This document shows positions 54,144-64,000 of a DNA stretch of 64,000 nt, one piece after another. Where the stretch lies: NCBI GenBank assembly GCA_000004695.1, contig CM000152.2, positions 3,232,001 through 3,296,000 on the forward strand, written 5' to 3'. The position numbers were made by a program, and so were the translations under genes. Position 1 is the stretch's first letter. Each line of letters opens with the position of its first letter. Origin of the DNA: Dictyostelium discoideum (taxonomy: Eukaryota). Below the pieces are notes generated by a model. That model was not told the origin of the DNA and searched no databases. It worked only from the letters and a program-made list of their open reading frames with translations.

Positions 54144-54889
54144 TTACTTTTTACCTAAATTACCAAACATTTTTAATAAATCTGGATTATTGAGAAGACT
54201 AGCCATATCACCATTATCCATCATTTCTTTCATTTTTGGATCAGACATTAAGTTGTTTGCTAAACCTCTAATTGCTGGATTACTTAAGAGTGAACCAAAA
54301 TCTAAACCACCTAAATCTGGCATACCTGGAATATTTGGCATAGCTGGTGCTTGATTGTTTGCAGCAGCAGCAAGTCTTTCAGCATTGGCAAGTGATGCTT
54401 TAAAAGTTTCATTATTTGGTTCTAATTCAATTGCTTTATTATATGCTTCCATTGCTTCTGAGAATTTACCTAATGATGTATATGCAGAACTTTATATATA
54501 TATATATATTTATTAGATATAAGAAAATATATTATTATTATTATTAATTATTTTATGAAAAAAAGTAAAAAAAAAACATACCCCATTCTAGTGTATGCTT
54601 TACCATAATTTGGATTTCTTTTAATTGCTTCAAGACAATCTTCAATTGATTTTTCAAAGTTTTGTAAAGCAGAATAAGTGGCAGCTCTATTTGCAAAGTA
54701 AATAGCGTTGGTGTTATCATAAAGAATTGCTTTATTGTAACATGAAAGTGCTTCTTGATGTTTACCTTCATTCAATTTAGCATTACCTTCATTCTTTAAT
54801 TTTTCAGCAATAGCTTTAACTTCACCTGCTTTACTTTCCATGAACTTTTGTTTTGTTGCTTTAATAACTGTTTCACATGCTTAATATAA

Positions 54890-54920
<31 letters not shown>

Positions 54921-55386
54921 TTGGTAAAACGAGAAATGTAATTGATATTATTATATATTATTATTCAAAATATATATATATATATATATATTATTGTGTG
55001 TTGTGTGAAATAAAATAAAACCTACAATCTTCATTTGCAAAAGCACCTTTTTGTTCAAGAATTGTGATAAATTGTTTAAATGATTCAAGAAGTTCGTATG
55101 GGATTTCACTATAAGTTTGATTTAATAATTCTTCTTTTGAAAGTTTTGTAGTGGTGGTAGTGGTGGTGGTGGTGGTATTGGTATTATTTTCACCAATGAA
55201 TTTATCGAAAATTTCAGATAATGGTGCTGAAACTTGTAAAGTTGAATCATTTTCATCTACTCCGAAAACATCTCTAATACATTCGACTGCAACTTGTAAA
55301 CTTTCAGCATTCTCTGCATCTTCTTTCATTGATACTTTTAAAAAGTTTAAAATACTAACTGCTAATTTTTGTTTATTTGATGCCAT
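54144..55386 (-). CDS. Small glutamine-rich TPR-containing co-chaperone (SGT/SGTA ortholog)
   Basis: complement(join(54144..54489, 54582..54879, 55026..55386)), about 334 aa. Exon 1 is MASNKQKLAVSILNFLKVSMKEDAENAESLQVAVECIRDVFGV... (the SGTA N-terminal dimerisation domain, cf. human KKRLAYAIIQFL...SLEVAIQCLETAFGV). Exon 2 holds TPR1-2: CETVIKATKQKFMESKAGEVKAIAEKLKNEGNAKLNEGKHQEALSCYNKAILYDNTNAIYFANRAATYSALQNFEKSIEDCLEAIKRNPNYGKAYTRM G|GTATGT. Exon 3 holds TPR3 plus the M/Q/N-rich tail: SAYTSLGKFSEAMEAYNKAIELEPNNETFKASLANAERLAAAANNQAPAMPNIPGMPDLGGLDFGSLLSNPAIRGLANNLMSDPKMKEMMDNGDMASLLNNPDLLKMFGNLGKK*. Confidence 0.8.
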
Positions 55387-55664
55387 CTTCTCAAATAATT
55401 TATTATTATTTTTAATGTTATTAGATGTAACCTATTATTATAATAAAATTTTAGAAAAAATAAAAAATAAAAAAATTAAAAAAATAAAAAAAAGGGTTGA
55501 AATTTAAAAAAAGAAAAATTAAAAAAAAAAAAAAAAAAATTAAAAAATGAAAAAAAAATATTATATTAAAATTTTTTTTTTTTTTTTTTTATTTTTTTTT
55601 TTTTTTATGGTGAAATAAAAAATAATAAAAATAATAATAAAAAAAATAATAATAATAGTAAAAA

Positions 55665-55946
55665 GTGGCAGCTTATAAAAGATTAATTCAAGAATATAAA
55701 GATTTAACAATTAATCCACCTGAAGGATTAGCAGCAGGACCAGTAAATGAAGAAAATTTATTTATATGGGAAGCTTATATTATGGGCCCACCTGATACTG
55801 ATTATGAAAATGGTGTTTTTACAGCAGTTTTAACATTTCCAACTGATTATCCTTTAAATCCACCAAAAATGAAATTCATTTCAGAAATGTTTCATCCAAA
55901 TGGTATGTTGATTTCATTTTTTTTTTTATTTTTTTATTTTCCATTT

Positions 55947-55983
<37 letters not shown>

Positions 55984-56431
55984 TGTGGTTTGGCAAATGA
56001 TTAATTAATTAATTAATGATTTATTGACATTTTCCAAATGGAATCTGAATATAATAAATAATAAATAAATAATTATTATTAGTATATCCAAATGGTGAAG
56101 TTTGTATAAGTATTTTACATCCACCTGGAGATGATCCAAATCATTATGAAAGTAGTGTTGAAAGATGGTCACCTGTTCAATCAGTTGAAAAAATATTATT
56201 ATCTGTTGTATCGATGTTATCTGAACCTGTAAGTTTTAAAATATAAATATAAACATTCCTTTAAATAAATCTTTTTTTTTTTCGTTTCTAACAATCAAAC
56301 GAATATAAATATATATATAGAATATAGAAAGTCCTGCAAATATTGAAGCAGCAAGAATGTGGAGAGATAATAAAAAACAATTTGGCGAAAAAGTACGAAT
56401 AACTGGTAAGAAAACATTAGAATTAATATAA
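55665..56431 (+). CDS. Ubiquitin-conjugating enzyme E2, UBE2G/Ubc7 type
   Basis: join(55665..55902, 56083..56228, 56321..56431), about 164 aa. [79 protein letters not shown]|[49 protein letters not shown]|[36 protein letters not shown]. It is colinear with human UBE2G2 (HPN, active-site Cys in VCISIL, and the Ubc7-specific acidic-loop insertion [13 protein letters not shown]). It is divergently arranged with the SGT gene. Confidence 0.85.
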
Positions 56432-56731
56432 TAAATAATAAATAATAATAATAATAATAATGTAAAATAAAATATATGTATATAATCCTTGCAAAAAAAT
56501 ACACCATTTTTTTTATTTTCCATATATTTCCAAATTTTTAATTAATGGTTTGTAATGCGAGAGATTTTGAATAATAAAATTGATTGATAAAAAAAATAAT
56601 AAAAAAATAAATAAATTATCACGATTGTTTAATTATAATTAATGTACAATATTTGGTGGGGGTTTTTGTTATTGTTTGTTTCTTTTTTTTTCTATTTTTT
56701 TTTATTTTTTTTTTTTTTTATTTGACTTATT

Positions 56732-57517
56732 TTAATTACTGGTTTCAATTGTTGGTGTAGTAGATTCTACTGATGATGCTGTTGATGTTGTAATAGTTGT
56801 AGTTGTAGTAGTAGTATTTGAATTTTTATTTTCAATTGGTTTTTTTACGGGTTGCTTTGGCATTGGATATTTTTTCATTACTAAATCTAAATTTTTACCA
56901 AATACTGAACTCATTAATTGTGCTTTCTTTCCATCCAATACTTTATCTGATTGTAATTTTACAATAATTGATTCTGATTCTTTCCCTATTATATTTATTA
57001 TTATTATTATTATTAGTATAGTTTATTAATGATTGATAAATGTTTAGGTAGAATAATAATAATGATAATGAAACATACATTGTTCTTTAGTTGTATCTCT
57101 TCTTTGTTGACCTAATTTTAATTGAAATATTGCCCATTCAATTTGTCTATTAAATTTTTCTTCGGCAGTTTCTTCTTTTTTTGGTTCTGCTTTTGCTTTT
57201 GGTTTTGGTGTAGTTGTAGCAGTTGTAATAGTTGTTGCTTGAGCTGATTCTGTTGATGGTGATGATGATGATGATGATGAATCTTGTTCATTTAATTCAT
57301 TTTCTTTTTGTTTTAATTTCTTTTCTTTTTCTTTTAATCTTTTTTTTTGACCTTTAGATAGTTTTGTTGTTGTTTGATCATCGACTATATTTTCGTTATT
57401 ATTATTATTATTATTATTTTCTTTATTTATATCTAAATTCTCTAATTTTGACTCAATGCTGGTGGTTGTTTCCGTGATTGTAGTTGCTGAGGTGGTTGGC
57501 AAAGTGTTTGTGTCCAT
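56732..57517 (-). CDS. T/S/K/E-rich protein with a conserved C-terminal block (hypothetical)
   Basis: complement(join(56732..56985, 57079..57517)). Exon 1 (ORF 57044..57517) is MDTNTLPTTSATTITE...KGQKKRLKEKEKKLKQKENELNEQDSSSSSS...KPKAKAEPKKEETAEEKFNRQIEWAIFQLKLGQQRRDTTKEQ T|GTATGT. Exon 2 (aatatag|) is WKESESIIVKLQSDKVLDGKKAQLMSSVFGKNLDLVMKKYPMPKQPVKKPIENKNSNTTTTTT...* (ORF 56732..56938 in phase). Confidence 0.55.
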
Positions 57518-57635
57518 TTTTATATAGGAAAAAATAAATAAAAAAAATAAATTTGACTAAAAAGACGAATTTATGTTGTTGGGGATTGTTTTTTTTTTTG
57601 AGGGGCGCAGCGTTCGTTTTTTTTTTTTTTAATTT

Positions 57636-57677
<42 letters not shown>

Positions 57678-58143
57678 TCTTTCAATAATTGAGTTAATAT
57701 CTACAAATATCAATGTTTTTTCAAGTCGGGAGGGGTTTAATTAAATTTTATTCAATGCAAATAAAAATAATATTGAGGAATTTAAATTTTTAAAAATTAT
57801 AATTTTATTTATAAAAAAAAAAATTGATGACGTTTTTAAAATAGATTTTTTTTTGTAAATAAGGTTAGCACCTGTCACCAAAATAGAATATAATCATTAT
57901 TATTAATATTAATATTATTATAATTTTAAAAAGGAGCTTGTTGTAAAAAAAAAAAAAGATATTTTTTAGATTTTTTTTTTTTTTTTTTTTTTTTTTTCAA
58001 TTGATTAAAGAAAATATCCACTTTAAAATATCTTCTTTTTTTGCCAAATTTAAATATTTTTTTATTTTTTTATTGTTTTTTTATTTTTTTAATGTTTTTT
58101 TATAATAAGATAATTATTTAATGGGCTGGAACATGTAAAGTAA

Positions 58144-58180
<37 letters not shown>

Positions 58181-59769
58181 AAAAATTAGTGTATGTATTT
58201 TTCCAGAAAGTTCTTTGGGGGATTGAAGAGGTAAAGAACATATTTTTGTAGTTGTTTTTTTTTTTTTATTTTTTTTTTTTTTCCGCACTATCGTAAAAAA
58301 AAAAAAAAAAATAAGATGGTTAGGGCTATTCAAAAGATGATTTTTTTTTCTCATGAGCGCCATGGCGAATTTTTTTGGTATTGACGTTAGTTGATATTTT
58401 ATTTTTTTTTATTTTTTTATTTTTTTTTTATTTTTTTTTATTTTAATTTTTTTTTTTTTTTTTTTTTTTATAGGGAGTATTGTCAACAAACGTTTCTGTT
58501 TTTCTTTTTTCTTTTCACTTTTTATTTTTTTTTTTTTTTTTTTTTATTTTTATTTTTTTTTTTTTTTTTTTTTTCATTTTTCAAATAATATCCAATATAA
58601 ATATAAATATATATATATATTTTTGTACATTAAAGGTTAGTCTTTATTATCCTACTTTTTTTAATAATAATAATAATAATAATAATAATTAATAGTAATT
58701 AAAAAAAAAAAAAAAAAAAAAAATCTTGGTTTTCAATAAAACAATTATATTAATTATATTTACCTTTAACCAAATAATATCAAAATTTGATAGGCCAAAT
58801 AGGTTAAAATCCGAATATCATTTTTGAAAATTGAAAATTTTTTCAATATTAAACCATAAAAAAAAAAATTGATTAGAGAATCTCCCTGATGTAAGTGCAA
58901 AGATTTCCCATTATTTTTTTTTTTTTCCAATTTTTTTTTTTTTTTGAGAAGTTTTGCCTTTTTATTGTGGCTTCTTTTTTTTTTTTTTTTTTGGATATAA
59001 TCAAGGTTATACTTTTATTTTTTTTTTAATTAATTTAAAAATTTTTTTTTTTTTTTTTTTGTTGTTTTTTTTTTTTGTTGTTTTTTTTTTTTTTTGTTGT
59101 TTTTTTTTTTTTTCTTTTTTTAAAAAATTTAGTTGAACAATAAATTTAAATATTCAATCTTGATTAGAGAAAAAAAAAAAAAAAAAAATCAATAAAATGT
59201 AAAGTTATTTTATTTTTTTATTTTGTTAAATACTTCACCCATTTCCTTTTTAGTTAGTATTTTGGAAATAATATTTCGTGTAACCCTACATCACTAATTT
59301 TTTTTTTTCATTTGCAACCAAACTCCACTCAATTTTTATTTTTTTTTATTTTTTTTTTTTTTTTTAATGTTTTGTTTTGTTTTAGATATTTTTTTTATCC
59401 AAATTATCAAAAAAAAAAAAAAAAATTGTTTAGAAAAATAGGCTATCAATTTTTTTTTTTTTTTTATAATATTTTTTTTTTTTTTCTCGATATCCAAACA
59501 TATTCAAAATAATTTATATTTATCATAATAAAAAAAAAAAAAAATTAAAATAAAATAAAATTTATTTTTATTTTTTTAAAAAAAAAAAAAACAAAATCAT
59601 TTTTCATTCACCATAATTTATTTATTTAATTTATTTATTTAATTTATTTATTTAATTTATTTATTAACAAATTAAAAAAAAAAATACAAAAAAAAAAAAA
59701 AAATTAAATATAATTAAATATAATTATAGCAATTTAAAAATTTAAAAAAAAAAAAAGAATTTAATAAAA

Positions 59770-61366
59770 ATGTGTACAAGAAATAAAAAAGATATTACAA
59801 CAGAATATTTAAATAGTAAAAAGATTGATAGAGAATTAAAACAAGAATCAACAACATTACAACCATTGAAATTATTATTATTAGGTAGTGGTGAATGTGG
59901 TAAATCAACCATTTTCAAACAAATCATTTCATTCCAAGATGAAGCAACTAAAAAAGAATATACACCACCATCTGATTATGTAATTAAAAATATATTTTTA
60001 AATATTTTAACAGCAACAAGTACATTTGTTAGAGTTGCACCAAGTTATAATATAGAATTCTCTGAAGAAGAAAATCAAAAAATTCAATCAATTTTAAATG
60101 TATTTTCAGATTTAGAAAATTTAGACCAAACTGTTTTCACATCTGTCTCTGATAATATTAAATATTTATGGAATTCAAAACAAATTCAATCAATTTATAA
60201 TAATACAAATAGAATTTTTCAATTAAATGATTCAACAGAATAGTATGTATTTTTTATTTTTATTTTTTTTAAAAAAAATCACAAATTACTAATTTTATTT
60301 TTTTTTTTTTTTTTAGCTTAATGAGTAATATTGATAGATATTCAAAACCTTTTAAACCAACCCAAAATGATTTTTTAAGAGTAAGAGTTAAAACAACTGG
60401 TATAGTAGAAGCTGATTTTAAAATTGAAGCAGTTCCTTTTAAGTAAGTAGCTTTATAATAATTTTTTTTATAATTTAAAGTTTGAAATTCATACCACACA
60501 CAATTTTTTTAAGAAAAAAAAAAAAAGCCCATACTATAGCGCTAAAAAGTGTAGTGGTTCCCAATTTGTCGATAGATATTTTTTTTTTTTTTTTTTTTTC
60601 AAATTTTTGGAATTTATTCAATTTAATATTGTTGGGGGTGCTTATTTTTTACAAAAAAAAAAAAAAGATATTTTCATTTTTTTTTTTTTTTTTTTTTTTT
60701 CAAACCTCTCGGCATAATGTTTTTTTCCTTTTTTTTTTTTTTTCCAAAATTTTTTTTTTTTTATTGTGAAATTGAAAACTGTTTTTTTTTTGTCAATTAT
60801 CCTGGTAATTTTATACTAACATTTCATAAAATAAAAAAAAAAAAAAAAAAAAAAAAAAATAAAAAATCTTTTTTTTTATTTTATTTATTTATTTATTTAT
60901 TTTTAGATTAGTTGATGTTGGTGGTCAAAAAAATCAAAGAAGAAAATGGATACATTGTTTCCAAGATATTACATGTGTTTTATTTGTAACATCAATTAAT
61001 GATTATGATACATTATTAGAAGAGGATAATTCAACAAGTAGATTTACAGATTCATTAGAATTATTTAGAGAGATGGTTAATAGTAATTGGTTTACTAAAT
61101 CACCATTTGTATTATTTTTTAATAAAATAGATTTATTTAAAGAGAAAATTAAAAGAATACCAGTTTCTCAACATTTAAAAGATTTCAATGGTAATGATCA
61201 TTCATATGAAGAAACTTCACAATTCATTAAAAATAAATTTCACACAACCATTAAAAATTCAAACAAAATTGTATATCATCATTTCACTTGTGCTTTAGAT
61301 TCTCGTGCTATAGAAGTAGTTTTCAATTCAATTCAACATTCATTATTAATGAATGTTGCAGAAATT

Positions 61367-61372
<6 letters not shown>
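59770..61372 (+). CDS. Heterotrimeric G-protein alpha subunit
   Basis: join(59770..60242, 60317..60442, 60907..61372), about 354 aa. The G1 box is LLLLGSGECGKSTIFKQ, and the helical-domain insert runs through exon 1. Exon 2 is Y LMSNIDRYSKPFKPTQNDFLRVRVKTTGIVEADFKIEAVPFK (switch I, RxRxxTxGI). Exon 3 is LVDVGGQKNQRRKWIHCFQDITCVLFV (G3 DVGGQ, switch II)...FFNKIDLF (G4 NKxD)...HFTCALDS (G5 TCAxD)...NVAEIL*. Donors are GTATGT at 60243 and GTAAGT at 60443. The second intron is 464 nt. Confidence 0.85.
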
Positions 61373-61411
<39 letters not shown>

Positions 61412-61944
61412 AAAAATAGAAAAAAAAAAAAAAAAAAAAAAAAATCCAGAAAAAATAAAAAACAAATCAAAAAATAAAAATAAAAATATTTTTTTTTAAA
61501 AAAAAAAAAAAAACTAATTACAAATAAATAAATTATTCATTGTTTTTTTTTGGTTAATAGAGAAAAAAAAAAAAAAAAAAATATCTGTAGTTTTTAAAAC
61601 ATATTTTCTCACAAACAAAATCAAAACTAATGACGCAATAGGGAAAAAGTAAGATTACTGGCATATAAAATTTTATTTTTTTTTAAAATTTTGTTATTTT
61701 TGATTTTTTTTAATTTTCATTTTCAATTTTCTTTTTTTTAATTTTTAATTTTTTTTTTTTTAATTTTTTTAATTTTTTTTTTTTGATTTTTTTAATTTTT
61801 TTTTTTTTATCGTGTGGTTTTTTAAACACTAAACTGTTTAATTTTTTCATTTTATTTAAGTATTATTAAATTATCTTTATTGTTTTTTTTATTTTTTTTT
61901 TAAGATCAAATTAAATTTTATAAAAAAAAAAAAAAAAAAAAAAA

Positions 61945-64000
61945 ATGATTGGATTAAGATCAATTTCAAAGAATAAACAAACAATAAATTCAATTTCAAA
62001 GAGTTTTTATTGTACATCATCACCATCATCATCAAGTGTAAAATTAAGTGTAACAAGATTAATTGATGGATATAGAGCACATGGTCATTTAGCAGCAAAT
62101 ATTGATCCATTAGCAAGAATGGAAAGAATTAGAAGTCAATTATTAGATTTAGATCGTTATAATTTAGTTAAAGGTCAATCAATTCCATCAACTATTGATT
62201 TAATTAATCAAGATTTAACCAACCTTGATCAAGTTGTTAGTTTTCTTGAAAATGCATATTGTAATGATGTTACAGCACAATTTGATCATATTGAATCGAT
62301 TGAAGAAAAAGCATGGCTCTATGAAAAGTTTGAACAATTACAACATCAAAATCCATCAAAATCTGAAAAAATTAATATTTTAAAAAATTTAATTAAATCT
62401 GAAATTTTTGATCAATTTATGCAAAAGAAATTTCCAACTTTTAAAAGGTAACATAAATAAACCCACACACACATATATTTAATAAAAAATTTTTTTTTTT
62501 AAAATATTAATTTTTTAAAATTTTTAATTTTTATAGATATGGTTTAGAAGGTAATGAAAGTATGATGGTATCATGTGATTCAATTTTTAGAGAATCAGCA
62601 AAGAATCAATTAAAGAATGTTGTAATTGGTATGCCACATAGAGGTAGATTAAATTTATTAGTACAAATGTGTAATTATCCAGCAAAAGATTTCTTTTGGA
62701 AAGTTAAAGGTAATTCTGAATTTTCAGAGGGTATTTTAGGTGTTGGTGATGTGACAAGTCATATTGCAGTTAGTACAGATTTACAATTTAATAACAATAA
62801 AGAGAGTGTACATGTATCATTAATTCATAATCCATCACATTTGGAGGCTGTAGATCCTGTAGCAGCAGGTAAAACACGTGCAAAACAATTTTATGAAAAG
62901 AATGAAGGTGGTTCAGAATCATTGTGTTTAATGTTACATGGTGATGCAGCAGTTGCAGGTCAAGGTGTTGTAACTGAAACACTCCAGCTATCTCAATTGT
63001 CTGGATTCAACATTGGTGGTTGTGTACATGTGATTGTAAATAATCAAATTGGGTTCACAACCGTTCCAACCAATGGTAGATCCAATCGTTACAGTTCCGA
63101 TATTGGTAAATTCATTGGTGCACCAATCATTGTAGTAAATTCACAATCACCAGAACAAGTTGAAAAAGTTTCGAGATTGGCCGTTGAATATCGTCAAAAA
63201 TTCAAAAAGGATATAATCATTGATTTAATTGGATGGAGAAAGTTTGGTCATAATGAAGTCGATGAGCCATCATTCACTCAACCAACAATGTATCAAAATA
63301 TTCGTAAACGTCAATCTATTCCACAAAAATATGCAACTCAAATCATTAGTCAAGGTATCTTTAGTGAGCAAGAGTTGTTGGAATTCACTCAAAAGGAACA
63401 AGCCATTCTCGAAGAACAATTCCAATTATCAACACCAGAGAATTTCAAATACTCACCAATGGATCATTTACAAGGTAAATGGAGTGGTTTAATCCAATCA
63501 AAGCATATTGCAGATGATAGTAAACTTGATACAGGTTATTCAGTTGAGGAGTTGAGCGAGATTGCCAATGACTCTGTAAAGGTTCCATCGGATTTCCAAG
63601 TTCATCAAAGATTACTTCGTTCTTTCTCAAATGCAAGATTAGAAAAGTTAAAACAAAACCAAGCAGATTGGGCTACCGCAGAGTCTATGGCAGTGGGTTC
63701 ATTAATGAAACAAGGTTACAATGTTAGAATCTCTGGTCAAGACGTTGGTAGAGGTACTTTCTCTCAAAGACATTTCAATTTAACCGAACAAAATTCTGAC
63801 CGTATATATCAACCATTGAATAACATGGGTGCCAAAGGTGAATTGGATGTTGTAAATAGTAATCTTTCAGAGTTTGCCGTACTTTGCTATGAGTATGGCT
63901 ATTCATTGGAGTCACCAGATACACTACCAATTTGGGAGGCACAATTTGGTGATTTCATCAATGGTGCTCAAATCGCAATCGATCAATTCGTTACAAGTGG
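61945..64000 (+). CDS. ogdh: 2-oxoglutarate dehydrogenase E1 component, mitochondrial (5-prime-partial in window; continues past 64000)
   Basis: join(61945..62447, 62537..>64000). Exon 1 (ORF 61945..62451) is a mitochondrial presequence MIGLRSISKNKQTINSISKSFY..., then LIDGYRAHGHLAANIDPL...ENAYCNDVTAQFDHIESIEEKAWLYEKFE...KKFPTFK R|GTAACA. Exon 2 (ttatag|) is YGLEGNESMMVSCDSIFRESAKNQLKNVVIGMPHRGRLNLL...HNPSHLEAVDPVAAGKTRAKQ...LHGDAAVAGQGVV...VNNQIGFTT...IGWRKFGHNEVDEPSFTQPTMY...GQDVGRGTFSQRHFNL...PIWEAQFGDFINGAQIAIDQF. It is colinear with human OGDH, including the TPP-binding region and the RxGHNExDEP motif. The open frame runs to the window edge. Confidence 0.9.

Noticed and set aside
56404-56431. 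GTAAGA after ...KVRIT in the Ubc7 gene, as a possible fourth intron
   Set aside because: Read-through gives a C-terminus (GKKTLELI*) of the same length as human UBE2G2. No in-phase acceptor or exon was found downstream. I treated it as a chance donor-like hexamer.
60525-60580. Possible tRNA in the G-alpha intron (gcccatactatagcgct...ggttcccaatttg)
   Set aside because: There is no 7-bp acceptor pairing, no GTTCRANYC T-loop, and no anticodon stem-loop at the right spacing.

Overview
This window is AT-rich eukaryotic nuclear DNA with the signature of Dictyostelium discoideum. It has homopolymer and (AAT)n/(CAA)n tracts, poly-N/Q/T low-complexity coding, an A-run before most ATGs, and short AT-rich introns with GTAAGT/GTATGT donors and ...AG acceptors. 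It is not prokaryotic. I see no rRNA, tRNA, CRISPR array, operon or recognisable transposon (no DIRS/TRE/Skipper-like GC-rich blocks).

It is an ordinary gene-dense chromosome arm segment. I can support about 30 protein-coding genes on both strands; most needed manual splicing because the six-frame track breaks at introns. The recognisable ones are:
- an ABCC-type ABC transporter (3-prime part, minus strand)
- MCM3
- TRAP-beta/Ssr2
- a glutathione S-transferase
- the large NAD-specific glutamate dehydrogenase
- an SR splicing factor with RRM plus two CCHC knuckles
- a CHK2/Rad53-like FHA kinase with a C-terminal PBZ zinc finger
- a DHHC palmitoyltransferase
- a Rab8/Sec4-type GTPase
- a short RhoGDI
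- SGT (a TPR co-chaperone)
- a Ubc7/UBE2G-type E2
- a G-alpha subunit
- the 5-prime two thirds of 2-oxoglutarate dehydrogenase E1

The remainder are lineage-typical hypothetical, low-complexity, coiled-coil or small secreted proteins.

Things worth a second look:
- a tandem trio of tiny paralogous minus-strand 5-prime exons (28.9-30.5 kb), each ending ...GRG|GT[AG/AT]AGT, one of them frameshifted
- an 880-nt intron in the SR-protein gene with a GC-richer island that could hold a poison cassette exon or ncRNA
- an apparent 1-nt frameshift near the N-terminus of the NAD-GDH gene
- a multiply disrupted (pseudogenised) EGF-like-repeat type-I membrane protein gene
- E2F-like sites upstream of mcm3
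- an AT-hook protein built of KCEHWTAEQKENIC repeats

Splice-site coordinates were derived by hand. Treat them as plus or minus 1-2 nt.
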